This document shows positions 27,101 through 40,580 of a stretch of 64,000 nucleotides of DNA, piece after piece. Location of the stretch: assembly GCA_951406725.2 (NCBI GenBank), contig OX597817.1, forward strand, positions 37,324,001 to 37,388,000, in the 5' to 3' direction. Below the pieces are notes generated by a model. That model was given only the letters and a program-made list of their open reading frames with translations, searched no databases and was not told the origin of the DNA. Both the position numbers and the translations under genes were made by a program. Within the stretch, counting starts at the first letter, position 1, and each line of letters opens with the position of its first letter. Origin of the DNA: Octopus vulgaris. Its lineage: Eukaryota.

Positions 27101-27929
27101 GAACAAAATGTCTTACGGTATTTCTTCTTGATCTTTTCCTTCTGACTTCAAACCAGACCGAAGTCAACTTTACCGTCTGTCATATACTGGGGTGAAGTCA
27201 ATTACCCATACTCCTACAAGCCCCATATACACAGGCGTTGTGCCAGAATTTCTGTTTTACATTTCAACGTGACGCCTTATCTATAGGCGTTATTAACTAT
27301 AGTTGATGTAGCATGATATTAACGTATAACTTTGATGTCTTGAACACAACTACATTATATATTTAATACTTTCGTGTTTAGACCCTAATTCCTAATACAT
27401 TTAGTGGTTACGAGGATTCTCTCTATATTTTATTTCATTATCGTAATCTCTTGTACCCTGGATTGTGACAGCTTAACATTGAAATAATGCAATAATTACT
27501 GTTTCAAGAGATACTACTTAACCTGTCAACGCTACTTTCATTTTCCAACATTTACATTGTTACATACCCATGCATAATAATAGAATTTTGTCAGCAGCTT
27601 GAATATTTCTACTCTCGGTCTCTATTTTAGAAAAAGATCTGTCAAAATTCTTACATAATCTTATATTATAGATTCTAAGGAATTCCTGTTATGCATATAA
27701 TGTACTGAACAACTGAACTTCACTTAAAAGATAGTGAAAGCAAACGGCATACTTTGTGATAAAGCTTAAGAAAGAGACACTCTAACAATAGTAATAAAAT
27801 AAGACCTGTAAACTGAGGAAACTGGTGAAGGTGGACAATAGTAAGCCAAAAATGAAGCTGATGCTTGAATGAGATACGTTTAGTTGCTGTATGAGTTTGG
27901 AGAAGCTAATATTTTACCAAGATGAGCCC

Positions 27930-28640
27930 CTTACGTTCTGAGTTAAAATCCTGCTTGAGGTTAACTTTGTTTTTCATCTTTCTGGGGTCGATAAAATAAA
28001 GTTTCAATCAAGTACTGGTGTTAAAATTAAGTTTCAGTCAAGTATTAGAGCTTCGGACGAAATACCTTGCAGTATTTCTTTCAGCACTTTACGTTTTGAA
28101 TTTGAATCCGGCCAAAGTGAAATTTGCCGTTCATCTATTCGGAGAGAATAAAGTAAAGTATTGGCTGCAAGTAACGGGTGTCGATCGTATCGACCACTTC
28201 ACTCCCTTCATAATCGTTGCCTTTGTGCTTAGAAGGCACCAAGCTGGCAGAAACGTTAGCACGCCGTGCGAAATGCTTAGTAGTATTTCATCTGCCGTTA
28301 CGTTCTGAGTTCAAATTCCGCCAAGGTTGACTTTGCCTTTCATACTTTCGGAAACGATAAATTAAGTACCAGTTACGCACTGGGTCGATGTAATCGACTT
28401 AATCCCTTTGTCTGTCCTTGTTTGTCTCTTCTATGTTTATCCCATTGAGGGCAATAAAGAAATAAGAACCGTTGGTGCGTTGCACAAAAAGATTAGCGGC
28501 ATTTCTTCCGGCTCTATTGTTCTGAGTTCAAATCTAGCCATAGGCTAAATTTACCTTTCATCCTCTCGTGGTCAAACACTGGGGTTGATGTAACCGTCTG
28601 ATCATTGAAATTGCTGACTTAATGTCAAATTTTGAAACCA
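27930..28640 (+). mobile_element. Cluster of SINE family A copies (younger copy 28233-28466 among older fragments)
   Basis: Repeated ttctgagttcaaat...ctttcatc...ggtcgataaa motifs at different divergence levels. Confidence 0.8.
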
Positions 28641-28883
28641 TTATTATTATCATAAGTTGATTCCCCAGTATCATCTCATTGAAAATAATATGTTTGAAAT
28701 TACGCTGAACCTCACAGTTGTATTCGTTAGTGTTACTGTTGCTTTTTAACCCCAGCTCAGCTCTGACTCAGCAAGCATATGATCAAATATATACCACTCC
28801 TGATCATTCCATACTTTCCGAAATAGTATCTCAGTCTACATTCTCTAACGTACTTTTTTATCATTTTAAAGGCGGTATAGTAC

Positions 28884-29117
28884 AAGGCGGCGAGCTGGCA
28901 GAAACGTTAGCACGCCGGGCGATATGCATGGCCGTATTTCGTCTGCCGTTATGTTCTGAGTTCAAATTCAGCCGAGGTTGACTTTGCCTTTCATCCTTTC
29001 GGGGTCGATAAATTAAGTACCAGTTACGCACTGGGGTCGATGTAATCTACTTAATCCGTTTGTCTGTCCTTGTTTGTCTCCCTCTGTGTTTATCCCCTTG
29101 TGGGTAGTAAAGAAATA
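28884..29117 (+). mobile_element. SINE family A, full-length monomer
   Basis: Runs from aaggcggcgagctggcagaaacgttagc to gggtagtaaagaaata; possible degenerate TSD ggtRYagtac. Confidence 0.9.
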
Positions 29118-30079
29118 GGTGCAGTACGAGTTGAGGGAATTTAGTTCTTATTTCTAGTATCCCTAACAACTACACCCGAGTTTCTCCCCCATATATTTAT
29201 TAATGCAATGTTATTACATTAACACATCGCAAATGAAAGGTGTCGACTGTCTCAACTCATCGATATTGCTAGATTAGGTCAATAAGTCATGTAACGCACA
29301 TACACCATCACCTCGCAACCCCACTCTACCTACCTACCCCCACCCTCAACCACTGGCATACAATCAACCCTGACCCCATTTATTGATCAGTAAAGAGGTC
29401 TTGATGAACAGCCAGCTGGAAGTAAGTCAGTCAGCAGAATAACCTACTCAAGATATAATCTGATAATGATTACGTTTGGCTTTTGCTCCTTCCTCCACTA
29501 ATCTCATTCCTAATGCGTAGCTCATTGCTTTGCACCCTATTCTTTTCCTTTTTCCCCCTTTTCTTCTTCTTCCTTCTCTTCTTCATCATCTTCTTCTTCT
29601 TCGTCTGTTTCCTTGTTTATTTTCTTTTCCGTTCATCTTGTTTACTTCTATATATTTTCCTCCCAACCTCCCCGTTCTCTTCCCACCCCATCTCGTTGCA
29701 CTTCCGTGTTTCCCTCTCACAACCCATTTATTTTCTAGATGCCACCACCAACACCAGCACCACCAACACCAGCACCACCAACACAACTACTACTAAAGGA
29801 AATTTACACGTTATAATTTGAATTTAGAGATGTATGTAAATATTTTACATCTATATGTACAAATACATATATATATATATACACCCATACTCAACTTACA
29901 TACATACACCCATATATGTCCTGCACACACACACACACACATATATAAATACATACATATATATATACGCACACACATACTCAACGTACATACATACATA
30001 CACCCATATATATCCTGTACTCATATATGTCCTGCAGACTCACACTCACTCGTATATATATAAATACATACATACATAC

Positions 30080-30144
<65 letters not shown>

Positions 30145-30291
30145 TGTGTATGTGTGCGTGTCTTATACATTTTACTTTGTGAATGTATTTTTATACATTA
30201 ATGAATTTAGAATACCTGGTTCTCTCAGTTTCTTTTTGTTTATAAATAGGAACATACATCAAGTACAAATACGTATACCCCTCTCTCTCTA

Positions 30292-30345
<54 letters not shown>

Positions 30346-30359
30346 TATAAAAATTATAT

Positions 30360-30560
30360 ATAAAGAAACAAGAACGTGAAATGCACAAAGGGACGAACAC
30401 AGAAAACAGACGGGTCATTCGAAGCCTTTAATCTTCAGTCAGAAACCGGATCATCATAGCAAATTTCGGCTGATTAATTCTGATATTTGCTCCAACGCGG
30501 CCAGCCCCAAGGAAAAACTAAGCTGTGAGCATTAGATTTCTTGGAAAAAGGAACGAATGT
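30360..30560. repeat. Dispersed repeat, inverse paralog of 53929-54057
   Basis: ttcgaagcctttaatcttcagtcagaaaccggatcatcatagcaaatttcggctga aligns in reverse with tcagccgaaattactacgatgatccggttcttgactgaagactgagggtttcgaa; both copies abut (TA)n. Confidence 0.7.
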
Positions 30561-31613
30561 AAACACAACAATGACAGAAAAAGCCACACGAATATAAATA
30601 CAAAAAACGAAAACAAAAATAAAAATAAAAACAAGAATGGTAATAACAAGATAACAGCAGGTGTCTTACGACTTTAGACAAATTGAGACAAATTTAACTT
30701 ATCTAGCAGGCGTGTTTGGAAAAAAATTGCCTTTTCGGCAGAGGGGGAACGATGTTGAGCGGGCTGCGGTCACCAACGAAATGGCTTGTTAAGCAGCGGG
30801 TCACAAGAGGGTAGAGAAAGAGAAAGAGAGAGAAGGAATTAAAGAGGGTGGAAGACAGAGGGCCCCAATGATTGACCAGGTCACGTGAGAGTAAGAGAGA
30901 GAGAGAAAGAAGGAATTAAAGAGGATGGAAGGAAGAGGGGGGAAGAGGCAGAGAGCGCCCAAATGGCTTAGCAAAGAAGCAATGGCGCATGGCGAAGGCG
31001 AGAAAGAGAAAGACAGAAGTGAGATATAGAGAAAGGTTTTTAGATGTCGTACAAATGGATAAAATGTAAACATACATAAGGGAACGAGATATATAGTGGG
31101 AGAGAGAGTATGATGCAAATAAACAGATAAAATTCCTTGGGTTTAATGTACAGAATATATATATATATATATACATGTATAAAGAGGAGACAAAGACTCA
31201 AACTTTTCAGATAATTAACATTCAAGTATATAAATATATAGGGAGAGAGAGACAGACAGACACAGACAGGAGGGAAAGCAAACACTCAGATTACATTAAC
31301 TCAAAGAATGAGCAGGGAGAAAGTATGGTGTTATAAGTCCAACTGCTGTTTCAGGGATCTCGGAATTACTTAATAATGCTGGCAAGTGAAATTCACCAAA
31401 CGTTTGTAACCAGTAATGGAAGCAAACGAACATTGGAAAAAGCTAGCCTCCTTTATCAGGGTGGAGAATTAAGAGTCTGACCTATTAGATCATAATGCAG
31501 AGAAATTTAAAGGTGGAATGAATATAGTGGAGTGTACGTTCAAATCACTTCAGCTCTGTTAACTGTTTTCCACATTGAGATTCTCTCTATCTCATCTGTT
31601 GAATCTGTGTGTG

Positions 31614-31740
<127 letters not shown>

Positions 31741-32009
31741 CTATATGTGTATGCATGTGTGTGTATGTGTGTGTGTATGCTTTGTGTGTGTCATTGTTCA
31801 TAATAACAGTGTGACCTTCCCCTCAACCCCATCCTCACCTTCCGTTATCGCTGCTGCTGTCCTAGGACCCGAAAATTTGGTACAGTTCGTGTATCTCTCT
31901 GTGTTTGTGTGTCTACCCACGGTTCACCAAATAATGCGTCATAAGAATTTAAATCTTTTAGAGATGTAAAATTGTTCGTTTTTAATGGTGAGATTCGAAG
32001 TAGATAAAG

Positions 32010-32071
<62 letters not shown>

Positions 32072-32199
32072 CGGGAAGCTTTATGAAAATAGACAAAAGA
32101 CGAAGGCAGGTTTACGGAAATAAACAAAAGACGAAGGCAGGTGGAATACAAACAAACAATTGTATTAGTATGGCGCTCAGGAAATATAAATAAAACAAG

Positions 32200-32237
32200 T
32201 CTTTAACGTTTCGAGCCTACGCTCTTCAACAGAAAGA
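32200..32237 (-). ncRNA. Degenerate minimal hammerhead motif
   Basis: Minus strand TCTTT-CTGTTGA-A-GAGC(gtag)GCTC-GAAACGTT-AAAGA; all stems intact but conserved A6 is replaced by U. Confidence 0.5.
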
Positions 32238-32282
32238 TATACAGAGAAGAAACACAGAAAGAAGGAGAGAAAAAATGCGTGC

Positions 32283-32322
<40 letters not shown>

Positions 32323-33549
32323 GCGTGTAAACATTGGGTTAAAATATCCAGTGAATATAAAAAGTCGCAGACATGACAGACGTCTTACTATTGGGCAAAA
32401 ACTCTTATTTATAGTTTCGTCTACTTCGCGTTCTATCATTAAAACGTTATATATTCATGTATGTGTGAGTGAGTGCGTGGGTATGTGTATGTCAGGAATA
32501 TTCTAAACAAATTTGATGTGTGCGTCTTTCTGATATTTCTTTGCTTTGGCACAGAAACAGATTATATAAGATATGGATGTCATCGATTAAATTGACTCTC
32601 CTGTATACTTCGTTTTTTTATATATTTTTATTAATTAGTCGAGGGAAGATAAAAGTGATGGTGGTGGTGGTGGTGGTGGTGATGAGGGTGATGATGACAG
32701 TGCAGTGGAGGGGGTAGAGGAGGAGTGTTCGTGACCTTTATAACCTCCTTCCGGACTAGTAAGATCGATGTCGTCGATGTTCAGTTTTGACTTCTAGAGA
32801 TCGATAACCTGTAGACAAACAAAAAGGCACCGGGAAAGAAATATTAAAGACATTTTTTAATACGGAGTCTGTGGAGGAGTTACATTCTGGATAATGAAAG
32901 GAAAAACAAAAACAGAAATGAAAGAGGCAGGTGATGGTACATGCGGATGTGAAACGCTGCTTACTAGTTCAGAAGTTCCTCAGCCACCGCCGCAGCAGCA
33001 GCAGCAGAAGCAGCGGTAGGAGTAGCTGTAGTGGTGGGGTGGAGGAGGAGGAGGAGGAAGAAGAAGAAGAAGTCTTAGCCTCTGAGTGTTTGCCAATAAG
33101 TTAAATTCGATTTTCGTTTTCTTGTTTTGTTTCCTCCGGATTTCATTGACCACGTGATTGATGAAAAAATATGAAATTCTGTGTATTTGCTACGATAAAG
33201 AAAATTTACTACTTCGGAGAAAAGCTATTGGGAGATTTAGTGATCATTTTCAATTCTTGGTTAATAGTTACTTCCCCTACATTTCACGTGCCCTTAGGTA
33301 AAAACTACGAATATCACAATATCTAACTGACCTCGCCATTTCACACACAAAAAGAAGGAAAATATTCATCGTGACACTAAATAATCCCCTGACACATGGT
33401 TTCGTTTTCTAGCTGATCTCTGTTTCAATTCACAAGACCGGTTACCCGGTTTCCAGGGCGTACAAGTGATCCAGACCATAATATTTCCCTCAACAGGACG
33501 CCATTGCAGGATACAAAGCCAGCAATTTTTGAGGTGAAGGTGAGGACAA

Positions 33550-33718
33550 GTTGATTAACTGACTCCAGTACTTGACTGGTACTTTATTTTATCGACTCCG
33601 AAGTAACGAAAGACAAAGTTGTTGTCGGCGAGATTTGAACTCGGAACCAAAGAATCGTAAGAAATGCTGTTATGCATTTTTATCTGATGCTCTAATGATT
33701 CTGCTAGCTCGTTGCCTT
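33550..33718 (-). mobile_element. Old SINE family A copy
   Basis: Degenerate tactttattttatcgactccgaa...aaagtt...atttgaactc...ctgctagctcgttgcctt. Similar old copies near 25960-26090, 59270-59400 and 62320-62480. Confidence 0.7.
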
Positions 33719-33885
33719 AGTTTCAATATACTGATTCATTATTAAAGATATTATCGACCCATTTTCTTATCCCTATCTCTTCTCGATAAAATTCAGCTTT
33801 CGAAGTATCTATCTATCTATCTATCTACCTATTTATCTATATATATATATATATTTATATCTATCTATCTATCTGTCTGTCTCTT

Positions 33886-33917
<32 letters not shown>

Positions 33918-34707
33918 CGTATATATATATATATATATATATATCACACGAAACCTACATTCATTAATCTATTTACATGTGGCGTTTCACCATGGAATCA
34001 GTTACGGAATATGGCAACGTATTATTTTTTTTTTTTAACATATGGAATTAACTTCTTTACGCAGACTAATCCAAGCAATTTGAGAAAGTCAGATCTAAAA
34101 AAAAAACTGTATTTATCTTTAGAATTAACATTTGGCACCAATCGGCAGTGACTGGAATCAAGAGACATTAGATGAGACAATTCTCATAAAGAAATTAAAT
34201 AAAAATTAAAAGATAACAAAAGCAACTGAACTCTAAGATGTTTTAGTAATTTCTTTATATATTTTAGAATTTGCTTTTTGTTCTGCAATGGTGTAATATT
34301 GTCTTCTAATTGGTCTAGTATATGTTCTTGTTGTTGTTGTTGTTTTTTAATGTGGTTATATGCGTAAATAGAAAGAAGAGTAACGAGAATCCTTTGTTTA
34401 GTAGAATCTGACACAGAAGCTGATAATTACTTGACTTTTTTAATTAGAATTATACTGATTCTGGTTTTGATTACAATTTCAGTATAAATCTCTTTTGTTA
34501 ATCTACTTTATCAGATATCTTTTACAAGGTGGCGTTGGCGGAAGTGTATGTGTGTCGGTGGGGCTAGGGGAGTAAGAATTCAAGATGGCATAGGATAAAA
34601 TGAAGAGAAAGTTGTTCATGATAATGATACTGATGATCTATAAGGAGGTGGGGAGAGAGAGGAAGAGGAGGAGCAGGAGGAGAAAAAGAAATTAGAGAAA
34701 GAAGAAG

Positions 34708-35254
34708 GAAAAATCGATATTATTTCAAGTAGTTCAGTAAAACATTATTACATTCTTTAAAGGTTACTGAAGTGAGTATTGTTGTGTTTCGTAGGTCAAC
34801 TCCGAGTGAGTCAATACTGAGATCCTGTTTCCATTCCTGGCTGAAAGCTTTTGAATTATTTAAATCCGTGAGTTTGAATTGAAAGCCAAAAGCACAGAAA
34901 TAAAAAAAAAGGACCCGCTTTGTTGCAGCTCGACCTGCTAGAAACAACAGCTAAATTTCCCTGAAATAATTTCCCTAACATCTTTAAAATATGTAAAAGA
35001 AAATTTGATTGTATTGCATTAGTAAAAGAAAAACAAATTGGTATTAAAACAAAATAATAAGAAAAGTAGAATGAAAAACAAAACAAAATGGAAGTGATAT
35101 TAAAAAATGAATCTAAAAGAGATAGAATTAGAACACTTTCGTTGCATTAAATTTCGTGGCCTAACCCTGAAAAATCGATATTATTTCAAGTAGTTCAGTA
35201 AAACATTATTACATTCTTTAAAGGTTACTGAAGTGAGTATTGTTGTGTTTCGTA
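34708..35254. repeat. Exact 86-bp direct repeat (34708-34793 and 35169-35254)
   Basis: gaaaaatcgatattatttcaagtagttcag...gttgtgtttcgta occurs twice, with no differences seen. Confidence 0.92.
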
Positions 35255-36095
35255 TTTTTCCACGTAATACTGACGTTTTTTCCAAGGCTATACTATTATG
35301 CTATTTGATAATGTGTCAATTAGCGGTGTCGTTGATAATTTTTTCCTTAACTCAATGACGCCAGAACTATATTATCACCCTCAAATTTGAGAAACAAACA
35401 CTCATAACTTTTTTCTTTTAAAACTTTATTGCATAAAATTGATACCATGAAATTCCTTCAGTTGAGCTCTAGATTTAAGCTTAATTGAAATACAGTTTGT
35501 TTTTAAAATATATACTTAAGTTCAATTTTTTGCCTTATATTTTACCTCCCAACATTTTTATACAAATTTTTGTTGCAAGGGAACGAAACTTTGAAATTAC
35601 TCCTGCTTTCGTCTATCATTGAAGCTAAGATATATATATTTTTTGTTGTTAAAATTAAAAAAGTTATTTAGATCTAAACTTGTATCAACGTCTCCTATGA
35701 CGTTGATACAAATTTTGATGTAAATTTTTTCTACTGGATCAAATCTCAATTTTATATGCCAAAATGTACCTAGGGACCAGTCTTCTTAAAAAATGTTAAT
35801 AGTTAATAGACAATTTGGATAAGGGCTGAGTTGGCGACAAGCTCTGAAAGATGCTACGTGTGAGTGAAGTGCGCCCTTAAAAATATTATTCAACTACTAC
35901 CGTAGTTGAATGATATTAAAGAATGTATTAAATAAGGTGAGATGGCAACGCCTGGCATAGAACGTGAATAACGGTTAAACAACAGTAGCAACAATTTTGA
36001 AAAGTCGATTAAAATACCAACCGTGTTTTTCTTCTACTAAAATATAGAGGACACTCTCGAGCTTTGAATGTGGTCATCGATTACGAGTGAAGTGA

Positions 36096-36330
36096 AGGTA
36101 GCGAGCTGGCATAAAGGCGGCGAGCTGGCAGAAACGTTAGCACACCGGGCAAAATGCGTAGCCGTATTTCTCCTGCTTTCGTCTATCATTGAAGCTAAGA
36201 TATATATATTTCATCCTTTCGGGGTCGATTAAACAATTACCAAAGTTACGCACTGGGGTCGATATAATCGACTTGTAATCAACTTTGTCTGTCCTATGAC
36301 GTTGATACAAATCTTGATGTAAATTTTTTA
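36096..36330 (+). mobile_element. Mosaic SINE family A copy with locally templated patches
   Basis: Flanked by the 17-bp direct repeat gattacgagtgaagtga (36079-36095 / 36331-36347); internal segments copy 35600-35641 and 35693-35730. Confidence 0.8.
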
Positions 36331-36641
36331 GATTACGAGTGAAGTGACATGATGTGTTAGCGTGTATATATGTTTGATATATCTATCGTATTTAAAAATA
36401 TGCCATGTACTTGAATATATGCCGTTTGCTTAGATATATGTTAAGATTTTCAGTACGCTTTGTTTGTTTCCATATAAGTTGTATGTTTGGATAGGCAATG
36501 TGGGTTTAGATACCTTAGGTGATTGAAAAGTCGTAGTGTGTTTGGATATCTTTTGTAGGTTTAGATACATGTGTGCATATAAAGATATGTTCCATATGAT
36601 GTATACGGTGGTTAGATATACATATTAGATAAACAGTATAG

Positions 36642-36704
36642 GTTCCAGTCATACTGTTCCAGTCATACTGTTCCAGTCATACTGTTCCAGTCATACTGTT
36701 CCAG
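36642..36704. repeat. 14-bp minisatellite (gttccagtcatact) x4.5
   Basis: Perfect tandem units. Confidence 0.95.
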
Positions 36705-37244
36705 AAATATTTTTGTATGATACTTATTTTATCGAAGTCTGATAATCGAATTTGACTGAAAGAGGCAAATATAACCTGAGCCAGCACTGTCCGAAATATG
36801 TCAAAATTATATAAGTTATATATATATAATTATGAAGGCAATGCACACAGAAAAATTGACACGAGAAGGGCAAGTTTTAACAAATCTTGAATCAATTTAG
36901 CACTTAAAAAGAACGAACATAGATTTGACGTTTTGGGTGGTAGTGCTTCATCAGAAGGAGAAATAAAATAAAGGAAGAGAATGAAGAAAAACTGGCTTAC
37001 TCCTTAGAATGTTGGATAAAATACTTCCTGGTATTTATTGCTTTTGTGGTCTGACACCAACACTTGCGTAATCTTTGGTGCCATGCTGATTCGGTAATAA
37101 AGCTGCGACTTCCCATTTAATAACATCGATGGCATAGGGATGTATGGACAGCAAATATTCTTCCACAAAAATGACCTTGTTGAGAGCTGCACATACAGTG
37201 TATGTGAGCGTACGCGTATATGAACATATCTTACATCTAGTTCT

Positions 37245-37296
<52 letters not shown>

Positions 37297-38276
37297 GTGT
37301 GTGTGTGTATTTACACGCATTTAAGTTACACAGAAATTACTCTTGTATTCACTTTTTTAGAATTTTATGATTTTCGTTTTTCATATTTTCCTTCGGAAAG
37401 AATAAGTTCATTAAGCTTAACACCTTAGCAACGTGTGTAAATCATCATTGTAGTTTCATCTACACAAACCGACCTGCCACATCGGCCTGCCTGTTATGAC
37501 AACTCAGTGAGCACTCCAACATCACTTCATCTTGAAGATAAGACTAAGAAAATCTTGAAACGTTGATGACGGATTTGTGAACTACAGTGTTGTAACAAAA
37601 CGACAAGAAACTTAAACGGAAATATAAAAAAAAGAAGAGAATTTTATTTTCTGTAGAATATCTCTACAGGAAAAATTGATCTAAATCTATGCATATTTAT
37701 ATACGTATGTAAGAGTGCATAAATACATATGTATATATATATATAAATATAAATATATGTGTGTATATGTGTGTGTGCGTATATATTTGTGTATGTATAT
37801 CAGTGCTTGTGTACATGTAAGCGTGTGAACCTGTATACGGTTGTCATTAGTTTTGTAGCCTTGGAGAGAGGCCAGCTGTGACTGTCAGTTTATTTAATTC
37901 AATAGTCAGGTTGGTATAAGTTTCCTAGCGTCTGGAGCCAAAAGTCATAGAATCATTTATCGCGGCGGTTGCATAGTTATCGAGGAAATGTTATTAAATA
38001 TAGCATTTATTCATTAAAATAATTTAGCAAATTGTGTATGTGTCTGTGTGAGCGTATGCGTTCGTGCGTGCTTGTATAGATAAATTATGTATGTATATAT
38101 ATATTTGAGTGTGTATGTACATGCACACACACATTCATACTTATAAACATCCATTTTTAGAATCCTCATTATTTGTATTTATGTGTTCCTTGTAAAAGTC
38201 TATTTGTCACTCTCTCTCTGTCTCCCTCTCTTTTCCACATTCTTTGTCTCTCCCAATTACATTCCCTATGTATGTG

Positions 38277-38343
<67 letters not shown>

Positions 38344-39327
38344 ATTATGTATCGTGGGGATTGTGTATGTGTGTGAAGCGTAGTTGTATTATTCTATACG
38401 TATGACTCCCATTTTATATTTCTATATTCACACAACGAAACGTGCGTGAATAATTTTTGCCTTAAGTACAAAGCTGAAAGAGCAAAATAGTGGAAATATC
38501 TTTTCTAATACAATTTTTCCGTTCCTTTCCTATAGATTTCCGTATATCTATTTCACACAATATCAATTTACAGACAGGTTTAACTATGTATCTAGTTAAA
38601 CCTAAGAATAATCAAGAATTCCGAAAATCCCTATCCTTAAGAGGTTATTTCTGTAGTTTTTCCGCGTTACATAATGTGTATATATATGCGTCTGTGTGTG
38701 TGCATATTTACCTAAATCCCCATTTATCTACCGAGCAAACTACTTAGGTTATGCCTTCAAATTTTACATATCTAAACGGCTTACCTGCCTGAGTCGATGC
38801 GAAGTTCGAATCTTGCAAGTACAGGTTTCGCCCGTCTTCTACATTAATTCATGCATACATATATACATTTATATATCTATCTATCTATCTATATTTACAT
38901 CAATATCTTTCTATCCCTCAACCCATCTATCTATCTATCTGGGTGAATGGGGGAGATGCATATGTATATGCGCTCTCTCCATCCTCCCCATTTTTGCAGT
39001 CTCTTTGTCCCTGCTTGCATCTACATTTCTCAGAGCTATTCACTGCCTTAACGTATAGTTATACCATATAAAATTTAAAACATTCGATATATATATATAT
39101 TATATATAAGGCATGTCTGTACCATTTATTTCGTTTCAGAAATGTTCGCAAATACCGCAGTTTGTAGCTCTTCCTGTTGTTATATAAATGCAATGGCTTT
39201 TAGTTCCATATTTCGCACAGTTTTGTTTTTGCTTATTCTTTGTATTCTTTGTAGAAGCCATAAAGCTTGTTTAAATATAGTTATGCTAGTAAGTGCCTTT
39301 TCCCTAATAGTGTCTTTTCTCAATGGC

Positions 39328-39374
<47 letters not shown>

Positions 39375-39685
39375 TAATAATAATAATAATAATAATAACG
39401 AAAAGAAGAAAGAGAAGAAAAAGGTAAAAGAAAGGAGGAGGTGGAATAGTTACAGAAATTTCCTTGTTTGGCCACAAGGGCCTATTCATACAATACAATT
39501 AAAATGTCTTAAATAAAATGGTTTACAAACCTTCTCGGTACGTACACACCCACACACACGTACGTATATATATATACGTACACACGCGCATACACACACG
39601 TTGTTCATACACTTGTCTTCGTCTCTTGTTTTTCTATAAATTTTAACTATATATATGGATATACATATAAATGTATATATATATA

Positions 39686-39716
<31 letters not shown>

Positions 39717-39806
39717 GCATGTATGTATATAAGAAAATTGTAGTGACCATCGAAGTCTCACACACACAGAAAACATGTTATATAAATATACCTATTATAT
39801 GTATGT

Positions 39807-39876
<70 letters not shown>

Positions 39877-40171
39877 AAAGGCAGAAGAAAATGGAGATTA
39901 TGAAGTTAATGTATGTATGAAATGCCGGGCCGAAACCTCGATGTCACTCTTATCCCTCTTCTAAGAGTTTGATTAACACATTCTACTAACATGCGTTCAG
40001 TAATTCTTCAGATTAATGTTAAAATGTCTTTATATATAACTTGCCACAAAAAATGGGAGAGAGCGCTAATACATGATCTAAGTTATATGATGTATAAAAA
40101 ATGTAATATACAAATAAATATCTGTAAAAATATAAACCATCCGATTTTCTGAGTACCTCATTTCTTCTAAC

Positions 40172-40261
<90 letters not shown>

Positions 40262-40269
40262 GTGTGTGT

Positions 40270-40580
40270 GTAAAGGGTAAAAACATGCTTCGGTCAAGAA
40301 TGACCATGGGATTGCACCGAGAAAGTAATCCTCCGAATCACAAGTTAGTTTATGGAAGACCAGGAGTCGGCCATGTATACCACCCTCCCCTCTCCATGCT
40401 ACTGATGCTATCCAATGGAAACGTAAAGGTCTATACAGTTTGGCACCAGTATCGTTGCAATTCATTTCGTGAAATAAAGAGTCTTGCTCAAGAACATGAC
40501 GCACAACCCAGCCCGAAAAGCGAACTCACTATCACATGATTGTGAGCCCAACACTCTAACAACTGAACCATGCGCTTTCA
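40270..40580 (-). mobile_element. Diverged tRNA-derived SINE related to family C
   Basis: Minus strand gcgcatggttcagttgttagagtgttgggctcacaatc...gagttcg...gttcttgagcaagactctttatttcac. Confidence 0.65.

Noticed and set aside
32918-33019. Short + strand ORF MKEAGDGTCGCETLLTSSEVPQPPPQQQQQKQR
   Set aside because: 33 codons, partly triplet repeat, with no recognisable homology or splice context.
36642-36704. Regular repeat checked as CRISPR-like
   Set aside because: Pure tandem 14-mers with no spacers, in eukaryotic DNA; the SINE multimers likewise lack unique spacers.
39925-39980. gaaac...gtc-actctt...aagagt-ttgatta as a type-II hammerhead
   Set aside because: Core reads TTGATTA (no 3-8 pair) and stem II cannot form.
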